NCBI GenBank assembly: GCA_014728035.1
Contig: WJMJ01000034.1
Location: 30,541 to 94,540, forward strand
DNA length: 64,000 bases
DNA from: Promethearchaeota archaeon
GTDB lineage: Archaea > Asgardarchaeota > Thorarchaeia > Thorarchaeales > Thorarchaeaceae
Reading direction: 5' to 3'
This document shows, one piece after another, positions 19,032 through 29,900 of this stretch. Below the pieces are notes generated by a model. That model was given only the letters and a program-made list of their open reading frames with translations, had not been told where the DNA came from and did no database searches. Every line of letters begins with the position of its first letter. Position 1 is the stretch's first letter. Both the position numbers and the translations under genes were made by a program.

Positions 19032-22000
19032 TTAGCTATCAATTCCAAGACTCTTCAGGAGAGCTTCCATATCTGCTTTTGAGAGGTCATGTGCTTGCTC
19101 TAGAATGATTTCAATTTCTTCCTTCGCAATACCTTTCTGCATTAGCTTCTTTCGGAACTCTTCCAGAACTTCTGGTTGTTCACCAAGTGTCTTGGGGCCC
19201 ACTGAAGGTGTGGTTTTTGATTCAGGAGTAACAGGGGTCTCTACTTCAGGTTTAGCTTCAACCTTTTCGGGTTTAGTTGTTTCCGTAACATCAACCTCAG
19301 GCGACTCAGATATCTCAGCTTCAACAACAGGTTTAGTTTCAGCTTCTGCAATTGCTTCAGCACGACGAGCTTCTTCTTGTGTAATAACCTCTTTTAGGAA
19401 GCCAATCCGTTCACTGACTTTCATCCTTGCTAAATCAGACTTAAAGGCTTCAAGGTCTGATTCTCCGAGACCTGTTATCTCAGTCAACCGGTCGAGTAAT
19501 TCATTCAACTCGGGTACATCAATTTGAATTGGTGGAGAATGAACCTTATCTGGATCAGGCTCTATCTTTGTCGCTGCAAATTCTTCCCTAAGAATAGCAA
19601 CAGTCAAATCCTTTCTAGACTGTGCAGGATATGGTTTAGGTACCTTACCCTTGCTTACATTAGAAATCATACTGTTCAAAACTCTAATCATCTTGGGAAC
19701 ACTATAGATTCGTACATAGTATACAATACCGAGTGCGACGAATATGAAGCTTAGTCCACCAAGAACCTGAGCAGCTTGTATTAAGGCTTGAGTAGCAGAT
19801 ATGTCAGAAATAACCTCAATGTCAATCGTTTGAGTGACATAGTTTTCCTTTGCCATCGAAATACGTATTGTGAACGTCCGACCAACATTGACCTGGAAAT
19901 ACAGAGTATAGACGCCGGGTTGAGTTTCACGAGTCCTATCAGGATAGTAGGTCACATTTCCTTCATTAAATGAAATATCAGGTATCACACCAGAAACTGG
20001 GACGTTATGATCAAGATCATAGTAACGAATCTCAATTGTGATAACGCTACCAGGAGTAGTTTGAATTCTTGTCTGAGAAGCAGTAAGATTAGTTCGAATC
20101 AAATCTACCGAGATGAATACAGTCTTGGTGGAAATTGCGTAGATTTCTGTTGGAAATGCAACTTCTACCTGATAAGTACCTAGAATCAAATCGTCAGGAA
20201 TTGCTAGTGCATACCCATTCGGGCTATTCTCAAGGGAGAACTGTCCAATACCAGTCCAAACTGCAATACCATTTAGGTCATCAATAAGTTCGCCAGTTAG
20301 TGTGTTAGTGACGTTAAAGTAGATTGTATTAGTTTCATTGATTGGTGTTGAGAATGTATCAGGTCCATGTATTATTGCTTCAGTAGGCAAGATCGTAACA
20401 GCAAGGGCGATATTTGCTGTTTGATAATTCTCTTTTCCGATACTTACCGAAATATCATAGAATTGTGGTAGTGTCAGGTTGAGATAGAATTCTATGAGAT
20501 AGCTGCCATTCTGTAAATCAGTTGCTACTGGATTGGGACCAACCCATGAAATTGACAGAGTTCCGTTCAAAATTGGTTGATTTGTATAAGTGTCATTGAA
20601 GTAAACAACAAATGATACATATTCGCCAGTATATCCGTCTTGCAATGAGCTTTGAGTTGTTAGTTCAGTGGAATGAGGACGGACTGTCAAAGTCAAGGTT
20701 CGCTTAGATACCGTATAGCCAGATTTTATTGCAGTGATACTAATGTAGAATGTTTTAGCAGATAGAAGAGAAGTGTTAATTGAGGCGGAGTAAGAACCAT
20801 CAAGTTGCTGCTCAAGACTCCCTGATAATTCGCCTACACTGTAAGATATGGAAGCATTATCAATGGAAACATCATAATGGGTATCATTGAAAGTAAATTC
20901 CAAAAATACCAATTCATTATAGAACACCGTAAGACCAGCTTGATCAGTTAGAAGTGTGAGTTTTGATGGAATAAGATCAACTGAAACTACTATTTCAGAA
21001 GAAAGAATGTCGTAATTAGTAGAACTTGCACTGAATGCTAGATTGTACTGTCCATAACCAAACCCAGTTACATTTACTGAGCCGAAATAGAACCCGATTG
21101 TGCCATTATTAGATAGTGTTACAATAGTATCGTTCCACTCAGCTGTCACTGATGCAGACTGAATAGGTTGGTCATTTGTAGAATCATAGAGATAGACATA
21201 GTAGTAACCAGTCGTGTTTGCAATTACAGAAAGCAAACTATTACTTGGTTCGATGTATCCAGTTGCTTTGGATATTACTAATGATAATGTAGTCTGCCGA
21301 GTCTGATAATATTCACGAGTTACTGTTATCTGCGGTGAATAGATTCCCCAATCCACAACGCTTGTATCAAGTATGAGAGAATAGCTTCCATCGTCTAAAT
21401 CAGTGAAATAGTAAGTGGTACCATTCAACAAGAGGCTACCATTCATTCCTTTCACCAGAGTTCCACGATATGTGTCCTCCACATTGAATCGAATTTCTAC
21501 AGACTGACCCCAATCAGCGTAGTAAGTTGTTTGGGCTAAGAGAATCACTACAGAACCTGAACCAGGTTGTACGCTGATAGTAATGTTAACTGTTGCGTAA
21601 TATTGCTTAGTAGCCTCTACTGTGAAGACATACTCTTGAGCTACAAGCCCAGTTGTGTTAAGTGATATTCTGTACTCACCATTATCAATCTCATTGATAG
21701 TCGCTGAAAGGCCTGTAATGTCAGTCCAATCAGTACTTAGAGTTGCACCAAGAATGGGAACTGAATGATCGAAATCTATTAACGTCAGATTTACGAGAAT
21801 TGGATCACCGACTGGAATTGTTCCAGCACCTGGTACTTCAGAAATTAATGAGGTTTGAATAGCTCTGATCGAGGCAGGAATATCAGATTCTGTTCTGCTT
21901 GCGTAAAATGGGGTACCACTCTTACTTAACGTTAATTCAAGGAGAATGTTCCCGAGACCACCGAATTGGTCGGATGGGATAGTTAAGACGTAGATTCCAC

Positions 22001-25000
22001 CAGAGAAATTCTGAATATACCATACTGGTGTTGTGAGGTTGGTTATGACCAAATCCACATTAGCATCATTTATTCCTGAGCTCGTTAAATAATCTATGAA
22101 TTCAAATTCTATTGTGATGTTATCACCGTAAGGTGTTTCTTCAACAGAGGGGAATAGAATTTGTGTAGGACGCTCAATAGTATTCGCTACAGTTGATATT
22201 GTTCTAACAGTATAGTATGGTATTCCAACGCTCTTATTGATGAGTAGTTTGATTGTGTGAGAGCTAACTAACTGAGAGGGATCTAGGATAGTAGAATTGA
22301 AGGTTATCTCATAGTAGCTTGCATAAGCCCAGAGTGTGTAATCAGATTGGTCAATGACTGTATCTAGTGGACCATGGGTTAATGTGATATGGCTCTGATT
22401 AATGTAGATATTCTCGCCCGTGAAAAAGTCTTCAAATCTGAATGTGAAAGATATATCTTCAAGAAATGAAGTGTCACCTGGTGTCTTGGTTAGAATTATC
22501 TGAGTTGTTCTCTCAATTACCCGTGCATTAACATTTTGTGACAATGGGAGATAGTAAGGTTGTCCTACATAACTTACCTGGAACTCAATAGTGTAGATAT
22601 CTGGGCTCCCTAGAGCTGAAGTGTTTACATCAATTCTATACTGCCCATCTTCAATGTAAGTTATCCAATATGTTGTATTCTCAACTAGGGGTTCCACAGA
22701 TTCACTACAATTTAGAATGACTATCGCATCCTCAATACCATTACCAGTTGAATCATCAACATAGGTAATCAATATTGTAGAGTTTCTTCCATATGGAGCT
22801 GAATCTGGACTTTCGTATCCTAATTGTGTGCTTCTTTTCAAAACATTGATTGTGAAATAATGAATTGCATCAGCTGCATTGTTAGAACCTGTGTATAAGA
22901 TGGTTGCATTGAGGGTATAGGTTCCATCTGAAGGAAAGCCGGTGGAATCTAAAACAACCCTGTATTCTCCATCTCCCAAGTATGATACATAATACCAACC
23001 ACTCAAGGATATATTTAGAGATAAATCACCCGTCATTCCAGATGAGCTACCTGCTACCAAGTCAGTATAGACGAAATCAATAGTGACATTATTCCCCCAT
23101 TGAGGAGAATTAAATGCTAAATTGCTAAGTTGTGTGGTTCTGAGTGTAATTGTAACAGTGAATGCAAGACTGGATACTGCCGCGTAATTCGGTAATCCAA
23201 CCCAAGTCAGATTCAAATGGAGTGAATAAGATCCAACTCCACCAACAGTAGAAGTATCAATATACAACGTGAAGGTTCTATCTACATCATTATAACTCAG
23301 AGTGAAAATTATCCCACCTTCATTTAGACCAATAGTTAACTCTGAAGAATTGGAAATCTTGGTTGTTGATAAAGAGTCCACATAGTTGAATGAGAATTCT
23401 GCGGTTTCACCATAAGGAGTACTCTGAACAGGAGTATAGTCAACATAGGTTGGACGTTGTAAAACAATGAGTGTAACAGTAAGACTCTGATTCTCATAGA
23501 GCGGAGATATACCTGCTCTCCACATGAAGTCCAACTTGAATCTGAATGTTCCAGTTGTGATAAACAAAGAACTATCCAAATTGAATTCATATGTTCCCGG
23601 ATTAGTTCCAGATTCTACTACATAGAAATCCGATTGAATAACCGGATGACCTGAAGTAATAGGAGCAATTTGTAGTAACACATTATCAGTATCATTAGAG
23701 ATACGTGTGCTTGTGTCAAATTCTTTGTAAACTACTGTAAAGGTGAAGTTTTCAAGACAGTAGGTAGCAGAAGGAGCTATTTCTAAGAATACAATCGTAT
23801 CAGTCCCTTTAATCCGTACGGATGAATTTAGGTCACCTTCAACATATTTTACAGCGCCATCCCACCAGATGGAAATAATGAGGTTTTTCGTGCCAATAGT
23901 TCCCCATTGATCACTTGGAATGGAGATATTGTAGTGCCCATCTCCATAATTGGAATTACTAACCCAGTATTGTATACTGGAGATACCAGGGGAGCTCACT
24001 GTTATTCGGACGTTACCAGAAATGTTGGTAATTGGTATACTAAGATCAGTATCTTCGTAGTAGACTAGAGCTGTTATGTTTTCACCAAATTGTGTTTGCT
24101 GAATTGGTGAATCAAACTTGAATAGAGTTTGATGCTGTCTAACTAGAACATCGATAGAAAATGTGTGATTCTGATAGTTCGGTCGTTCAATAGTAAAATT
24201 AACTGTGTACCACTTCTGATCCGCACCTTGTGTGTCATCATCTTCTGTGAATATGGTAATCTCATATTTACCTGCAGTAGCAGTTTCAGAAATAGTGTAG
24301 TTATCCTCACCCAGTGTATGATATGTATCCCAATCACATACTATGTATGAAGCTGCACCAGCTATTGGACTTCCACTATCCTCAGTCCATGTAAGGAAGA
24401 ATGATTGATTAGAACCAACAGGAATTGATAGTTGATTTGCAGTATAACTAATAGAGTTGTACACCTCTCGTACCTCAACTAGAAGGAACATCTGAACGGG
24501 ATTAACAAAGTCAGCTGTTGCATTGATCAGGAGTTTGTAAGTTCCAAGAGGTACACCAGTTCCGTCAAGCTTGAAGTCATATGTGCCATCAAGGTTATCC
24601 GTTACAGAATAACTTGTAGACCAATTGCACCATAGAACTCCACTAGAAATCCCAGTTGGGATAACAGCATCTCTTCTGAAATTAACCGTGAATGATTGAT
24701 TGTTACCAATTCTATCTGATATCCCAGGATATTGGTCAGATGTAAGAGTAGCATCGTAATTAGCATTGATTGTCAATACACCTGAAGTATCATCATAGAA
24801 AGTCCGAGACCAGTTCATAACCATAGAGTATTGTCCTTTATCAGGAAGGTCTTCGGTTTCAAATACCAAAGTGTATTCACCATTTCCACTGCCTGAAAAT
24901 GAACCTGTTAGAATAACATCATTTGTTGAATTACGAATCTCATATGACATAGTTCCTTGGGCAATTGCTACTGAGCTATCAATATCATTTGCCTGAATTA

Positions 25001-26921
25001 TGACGTATAGAAGGTCGCCATAAGTTACATTTGTAAGCCAAGTACCTATCGCATCACTTGGTCCAACTACTTCTAAATCAGTATTGTGCGTTATCGAGAA
25101 AGTTCTCAAGAAATACCCTGTAGAATTCCATGTACTGCTGTCTGCACGATTGTCTGTAAGCGCTCTAACTGTCCATTCTCCTGCTGTTGCATTTGCGCCT
25201 GCAAAATTGAGATAGTCAGAGATAGCGTAGCCACTTGCATCAACAGTCGCATTTACACTTCCCCAAAATACATTATCAGGGTCATAAATTGAGATATTTA
25301 CTACAGAATTCTCATATTCAGATCCAACATTGATTCGGAATCTAGTATCGTCACCAGCTCGAATGTTTACAAACTGATTCCAAAGACTACTAATGGGATT
25401 TTCAAGTTCGATGTCTGTAATCATATTGGGTGATGTACTCAATATTCGCCAATATCTATACCGTCCAACTTCATTTGTAATGTCATAAGTTGATACATTG
25501 AGATATCCATCACCATAATTGCCGCCTGAAACCCCTGTAGTTACATTATTTGTTGGATTGAGAAATGTCGCAACGTGAAATACATCACGATTGAGAGGGA
25601 TGCTAATGTTGTAGAAATACCGATTAACATAACCATCGGGAATATCTGCATAGAAATATGTGGTGAAATTGGCCTGAGTTGCATTTTGAATCTGTACGAA
25701 TTCACCATAAGAAGTCTGATCTATTTGATATACGGTCGGAACATCATATCTCCTACTGAAGAGGTTTGTATCAACATCGAAATCAATGATAATAGTTTCA
25801 TTTGGGTCCGGATTTGTTGGTATCGGAGTCCATGAAAAGACAAGGTCTACTGGATCTGTTGACCATGGAGTAGAAGGCATTTGCGAGATAGAACCAAGTC
25901 CGCGAACAGCTCCATCGAGTACATCCAGACCGTTCATCTGAAGATTGATTTCACTGGGTGAAACCTTGGTCTTTAGATATAGATGAATATTGTCCATTCT
26001 TGCGTTAGGTCCAATCTCAGGGTCATACCCAACAGTATCTGTACACCAAAGACCAACTTGTAGAGTAATAGTATTATCAGTGAATATTGATGTGGGTACG
26101 CTAACTAGACCAGAGCTGAACCATTGTGCCTCTGCAGCTATATCACCAAATGCAAGAGCCCAAATCGAATTTGCAGGATTAGTGTCCTCAATCATTGCAT
26201 AGATTGAGAAACTTCCACTTAGGTCATAAGAAACGTCATCATAAGTGTCGGCGAAGTAATCTAAGGATAGACCAGCCCAAACAACATCTCCACGGTCAAT
26301 CGTGACGGATTGCTCAGCGTATGCACGGTCTCCTGAATCATAGAAATAGGGTGCTGAACCTGATGTGGAATTCAATTCGAATTTTACACAATCATCTCCA
26401 GCTCCATGTCCATTGTCCATCCAATTGGTATAGGGAATGCTATACCCACCCCCAGCACCATTAGTGCCTAAAGTCCAACTTGATGCATCTCCAGTAAATC
26501 CTGGATTCAAGTACCAAGTTCGATTTTCAGTAAGGTCAGATATTTCTGTTTGAACATTGTATGACTCCCAGCCAGTTCCTGAAGGGATTTGGATGGTATC
26601 AGAAGTTGTTGTATTGTCAGGATAATAGAACATGGTTCGATCATCCCATATATCAGACCGATTACCATATTCAGATCCTAGTAGTGGAGAAGATGTATCA
26701 TTAACCTCGACCCATCCATCTTCTGTTAGCATGAATTTGTGCAGCTGCTCATCAGGCGCAACTTCGATTGTTTCACCATTTCCGATGTCTACTAATCTAG
26801 ATCCATCTGGTAAAGCTACTCCTGAATCAGAGTACAAGTCAAACGGAGTGACTGAAGACATTTGGAATATTAGCAATATAGCAAACACCGCAACTATAAT
26901 TTTCCCATGTACTTGCTTCAT
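19032..26921 (-). CDS. Giant (2629 aa) single-pass cell-surface protein with tandem Ig-like repeats and cytoplasmic tail
   Basis: Signal peptide; many ~100-125 aa beta repeats (T-x-L...Y-x-D...G-x-Y); abundant sequons; TM VLGGLSFIFVALGIVYYV; ~225 aa cytoplasmic tail. Confidence 0.9.
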   Translation of the reverse strand: MKQVHGKIIVAVFAILLIFQMSSVTPFDLYSDSGVALPDGSRLVDIGNGETIEVAPDEQLHKFMLTEDGWVEVNDTSSPLLGSEYGNRSDIWDDRTMFYYPDNTTTSDTIQIPSGTGWESYNVQTEISDLTENRTWYLNPGFTGDASSWTLGTNGAGGGYSIPYTNWMDNGHGAGDDCVKFELNSTSGSAPYFYDSGDRAYAEQSVTIDRGDVVWAGLSLDYFADTYDDVSYDLSGSFSIYAMIEDTNPANSIWALAFGDIAAEAQWFSSGLVSVPTSIFTDNTITLQVGLWCTDTVGYDPEIGPNARMDNIHLYLKTKVSPSEINLQMNGLDVLDGAVRGLGSISQMPSTPWSTDPVDLVFSWTPIPTNPDPNETIIIDFDVDTNLFSRRYDVPTVYQIDQTSYGEFVQIQNATQANFTTYFYADIPDGYVNRYFYNISIPLNRDVFHVATFLNPTNNVTTGVSGGNYGDGYLNVSTYDITNEVGRYRYWRILSTSPNMITDIELENPISSLWNQFVNIRAGDDTRFRINVGSEYENSVVNISIYDPDNVFWGSVNATVDASGYAISDYLNFAGANATAGEWTVRALTDNRADSSTWNSTGYFLRTFSITHNTDLEVVGPSDAIGTWLTNVTYGDLLYVIIQANDIDSSVAIAQGTMSYEIRNSTNDVILTGSFSGSGNGEYTLVFETEDLPDKGQYSMVMNWSRTFYDDTSGVLTINANYDATLTSDQYPGISDRIGNNQSFTVNFRRDAVIPTGISSGVLWCNWSTSYSVTDNLDGTYDFKLDGTGVPLGTYKLLINATADFVNPVQMFLLVEVREVYNSISYTANQLSIPVGSNQSFFLTWTEDSGSPIAGAASYIVCDWDTYHTLGEDNYTISETATAGKYEITIFTEDDDTQGADQKWYTVNFTIERPNYQNHTFSIDVLVRQHQTLFKFDSPIQQTQFGENITALVYYEDTDLSIPITNISGNVRITVSSPGISSIQYWVSNSNYGDGHYNISIPSDQWGTIGTKNLIISIWWDGAVKYVEGDLNSSVRIKGTDTIVFLEIAPSATYCLENFTFTVVYKEFDTSTRISNDTDNVLLQIAPITSGHPVIQSDFYVVESGTNPGTYEFNLDSSLFITTGTFRFKLDFMWRAGISPLYENQSLTVTLIVLQRPTYVDYTPVQSTPYGETAEFSFNYVDSLSTTKISNSSELTIGLNEGGIIFTLSYNDVDRTFTLYIDTSTVGGVGSYSLHLNLTWVGLPNYAAVSSLAFTVTITLRTTQLSNLAFNSPQWGNNVTIDFVYTDLVAGSSSGMTGDLSLNISLSGWYYVSYLGDGEYRVVLDSTGFPSDGTYTLNATILYTGSNNAADAIHYFTINVLKRSTQLGYESPDSAPYGRNSTILITYVDDSTGNGIEDAIVILNCSESVEPLVENTTYWITYIEDGQYRIDVNTSALGSPDIYTIEFQVSYVGQPYYLPLSQNVNARVIERTTQIILTKTPGDTSFLEDISFTFRFEDFFTGENIYINQSHITLTHGPLDTVIDQSDYTLWAYASYYEITFNSTILDPSQLVSSHTIKLLINKSVGIPYYTVRTISTVANTIERPTQILFPSVEETPYGDNITIEFEFIDYLTSSGINDANVDLVITNLTTPVWYIQNFSGGIYVLTIPSDQFGGLGNILLELTLSKSGTPFYASRTESDIPASIRAIQTSLISEVPGAGTIPVGDPILVNLTLIDFDHSVPILGATLSTDWTDITGLSATINEIDNGEYRISLNTTGLVAQEYVFTVEATKQYYATVNITISVQPGSGSVVILLAQTTYYADWGQSVEIRFNVEDTYRGTLVKGMNGSLLLNGTTYYFTDLDDGSYSLILDTSVVDWGIYSPQITVTREYYQTRQTTLSLVISKATGYIEPSNSLLSVIANTTGYYYVYLYDSTNDQPIQSASVTAEWNDTIVTLSNNGTIGFYFGSVNVTGFGYGQYNLAFSASSTNYDILSSEIVVSVDLIPSKLTLLTDQAGLTVFYNELVFLEFTFNDTHYDVSIDNASISYSVGELSGSLEQQLDGSYSASINTSLLSAKTFYISITAIKSGYTVSKRTLTLTVRPHSTELTTQSSLQDGYTGEYVSFVVYFNDTYTNQPILNGTLSISWVGPNPVATDLQNGSYLIEFYLNLTLPQFYDISVSIGKENYQTANIALAVTILPTEAIIHGPDTFSTPINETNTIYFNVTNTLTGELIDDLNGIAVWTGIGQFSLENSPNGYALAIPDDLILGTYQVEVAFPTEIYAISTKTVFISVDLIRTNLTASQTRIQTTPGSVITIEIRYYDLDHNVPVSGVIPDISFNEGNVTYYPDRTRETQPGVYTLYFQVNVGRTFTIRISMAKENYVTQTIDIEVISDISATQALIQAAQVLGGLSFIFVALGIVYYVRIYSVPKMIRVLNSMISNVSKGKVPKPYPAQSRKDLTVAILREEFAATKIEPDPDKVHSPPIQIDVPELNELLDRLTEITGLGESDLEAFKSDLARMKVSERIGFLKEVITQEEARRAEAIAEAETKPVVEAEISESPEVDVTETTKPEKVEAKPEVETPVTPESKTTPSVGPKTLGEQPEVLEEFRKKLMQKGIAKEEIEIILEQAHDLSKADMEALLKSLGIDS

Positions 26922-29900
26922 TAGTCCATCCCTCCAATTTGGTCAATTAGAGCTTCGACCTCAGCCTTTGATAGCTCTTTGGCTTGTTCAATCATAATTT
27001 CAACCTCTGATTCACTAATTCCCATTTTTCGTAGTTTTTCTCGAAGATCATCTAGTTCAGCATCAGTAAGTTTCTGTTCAACATCTTCATCAGCAGATTC
27101 AGCAGCTGTTTCCTCAGCTAACTCCTTTGCACGACGAGAACGTTCTTGTCGAATAACCTCAGAGATGAAGCCAGCCCGTTCACTTGGTCGCATTGCTTCC
27201 AAATTTATTCTCAACGTTTGGATATCATCCTCAGTTAGACCAACAACTGTAGCTAGTTCATGAAGAAGCTCCTCAACATCAAGAATCTCTACTTGGATTG
27301 TTGAACGCGATATATCATCAGATGTTTTTATGATACCAACCGGCACCAGATCTTGATTCATCATAGACAGAAGCATTTCCCTTCTATCTGAGGTGTCGTA
27401 GGGTTCTGGTATACCACCCTTTGAGATTGTGTTGATCATTTTCTGAATCTTTCTAACTTGTTTTGGAACAGATAGAACCCGGATATACACAGCAGCTAGA
27501 ATCGCAAATCCAATAACTGCGATGGCAATATTTCTGAATCCAGTTACAAGAGCCTGTTGTTCTGGAGGAATTTCAGAAAATATCACAATATTGACAGTTT
27601 GAGATTCGTAATCATTCAAACTCATTGTGACTGTGAGTTCATAAGTTGCTACACCAGGTGGAATGAAGGCAAATACATACGTACCATTACCATAATCAAT
27701 CTCTCGGTCTAGTATTCGTGTAAGCCCTGGATTTGTTGTTGCATTATTTGCATTAGGAATTGCAGTAGCATGATCGAGGTCGTAATAGGTAACTCGAACA
27801 AATAGGATGTTTCCAGCAAATACAGATGGAGGTAGCGGCTCATAGGTCAACTCTGTTGCTATTTCTCTGATTACAAGATTCAGAATTATCTCTGTTTGAC
27901 TATAATTCAATTTGCTGATAGAAATCCTCACGCGATATGGCTCATCTTTTATTTCTAGTCTGTCAATACCTGTTGCACTAGGACTGAAAACATAAGTTCC
28001 ATTTCCAAGGTCTTCTAGGATAGCATTACCAAACTCCCAGATTGCTGATGCAGTTGCCCCAGAGATCAACTCATCATGAAGACTGTCAAGATAATCAAAT
28101 GAAACTGAGTAATCATCACCAACAGGATAGGTTATCTCTTCTGGTCCATCGATAGTTGTACTGATTGGCTTCACGATTAATTTGACATTTGTAAAGGCAT
28201 AGGCATGATTATCTTTCCTCATGGTAATCGATATTCTTCTTGCGCTACTACCTGCGATTACAATCGATGAGTTTAAGGTTAGTGAATAATTTCCACCACC
28301 TTCATTTACCAATAATCCCGAAAATCCTTCAAATACAAAATTCGTAGTAGCATTATCTATCCCAATGTTCGAATGAGTATTATTGTAATAAAGTGTGAAT
28401 GTTGCATTTTCACCATGAAATACAGTAAGCAATGCTGGCCCAATAATTTCAATTTTCGTTGGTATTGGTGTGACATCCAAAGTCACTTCAATAGAAGCTG
28501 GTTGGTAACCTGACTGACTGCTAGAGACTGTCAATATCCATTCACTAATAGCAATTGAACTGGTTGGAACCATTGCAGAATACCAACCATTTCCTAATTC
28601 AGTCATATTGCCAACAATCGTTCCAACGCTGTATGTGAGTGTTGAATTAAGGACTGGAAGGTTAAGGTCAGTATTATTAAGGTATACAGTCACATTGACC
28701 TCATCACCATAGACTGCAGGGAGGACGGAGATGTCATTAAGAACAGATAATTCCGTCGATGCTTCACTAACTTCAATAGTTAATTGAGTTGTGACAGTTT
28801 TGTAATTTGTAGATGATGCGGAAACCTGGACTTGGTGAGATCCAACAGTTACACCTGAAATAGTAAATTGCCCAACATATTTTGATTCGATTGCATTCCA
28901 AAAGATTTGTCCAGCCCCTCCAGTCCAGGTATATGTTACAATGCCAGAAGAAATTGGAGATGAATCGGACTGAATCACATACTCAACTTCTACAGTTACT
29001 GTTTGACCATTGACAGTAACATATGAATCTAGGTCTGCATTAATTGATGTACTGACTTTTGCAATTTTTATCTGGAAATCTCTTTGTCTGCTCTCATGAT
29101 TCAGTAAGGAGGATGAGAAAGTAATCGAATACTCTCCCGCATTGAATGAGGAAGAGAGAAGTGTTCTATTATAGATACCAGGTGCAACTTCGATTAAATC
29201 ATAGTACTGGCCACTTATGGTCATGTTCACACTAGCATTGATAATCGCTGAACCGTCACGAGCATCGGTCAGATTGACCGAGAACTCCATTGATTCGCCC
29301 CATATCGGTTCCGTAGGAGTAGCATCTATATCCATTAAAACAGGTACTGGTGCTAAAATAATATCAGCTAGTATTGTTCTGTTAACATGCAAGTATTTCT
29401 CAGCAGTAAGTGAGAAGCTGTAGATTTCTGCATCGAGCCCAGTCGTTTCAATAGTTATATTGTAAATTCCATCACCTAACTCAATAATGGTTATTGAGGT
29501 GCCATACAAAGAGTTCCAGTTTGATTGAATATCAGCAGCCTCAATCCCATCACCAGAGATTTGATTGATAAAAGTTAGATTTCCAATAATAATATCACCA
29601 AGATAGTTGGTAGACTCGTCAGATACTGCAAATGATAAAGTGGTTGACACCGGATTTACAATGATTGTAAACCGTAATAATGTCTTATTTTGATAATACG
29701 GAGTACCTGTCCAAGAGAAGTTTGCATAGAAGATAAATCGACCCAGAGTAAGTAATTTCGTGGTATTGATCTTCACACCATATGTACCATCGAAATTGTT
29801 GATAATCCAATATTGAATTGGAGTTATATTGCTACAAGAAATACTAACAGACGCATTTTCTATACCTATGCCATCAATATAATCACTGTAAGAAACAGTG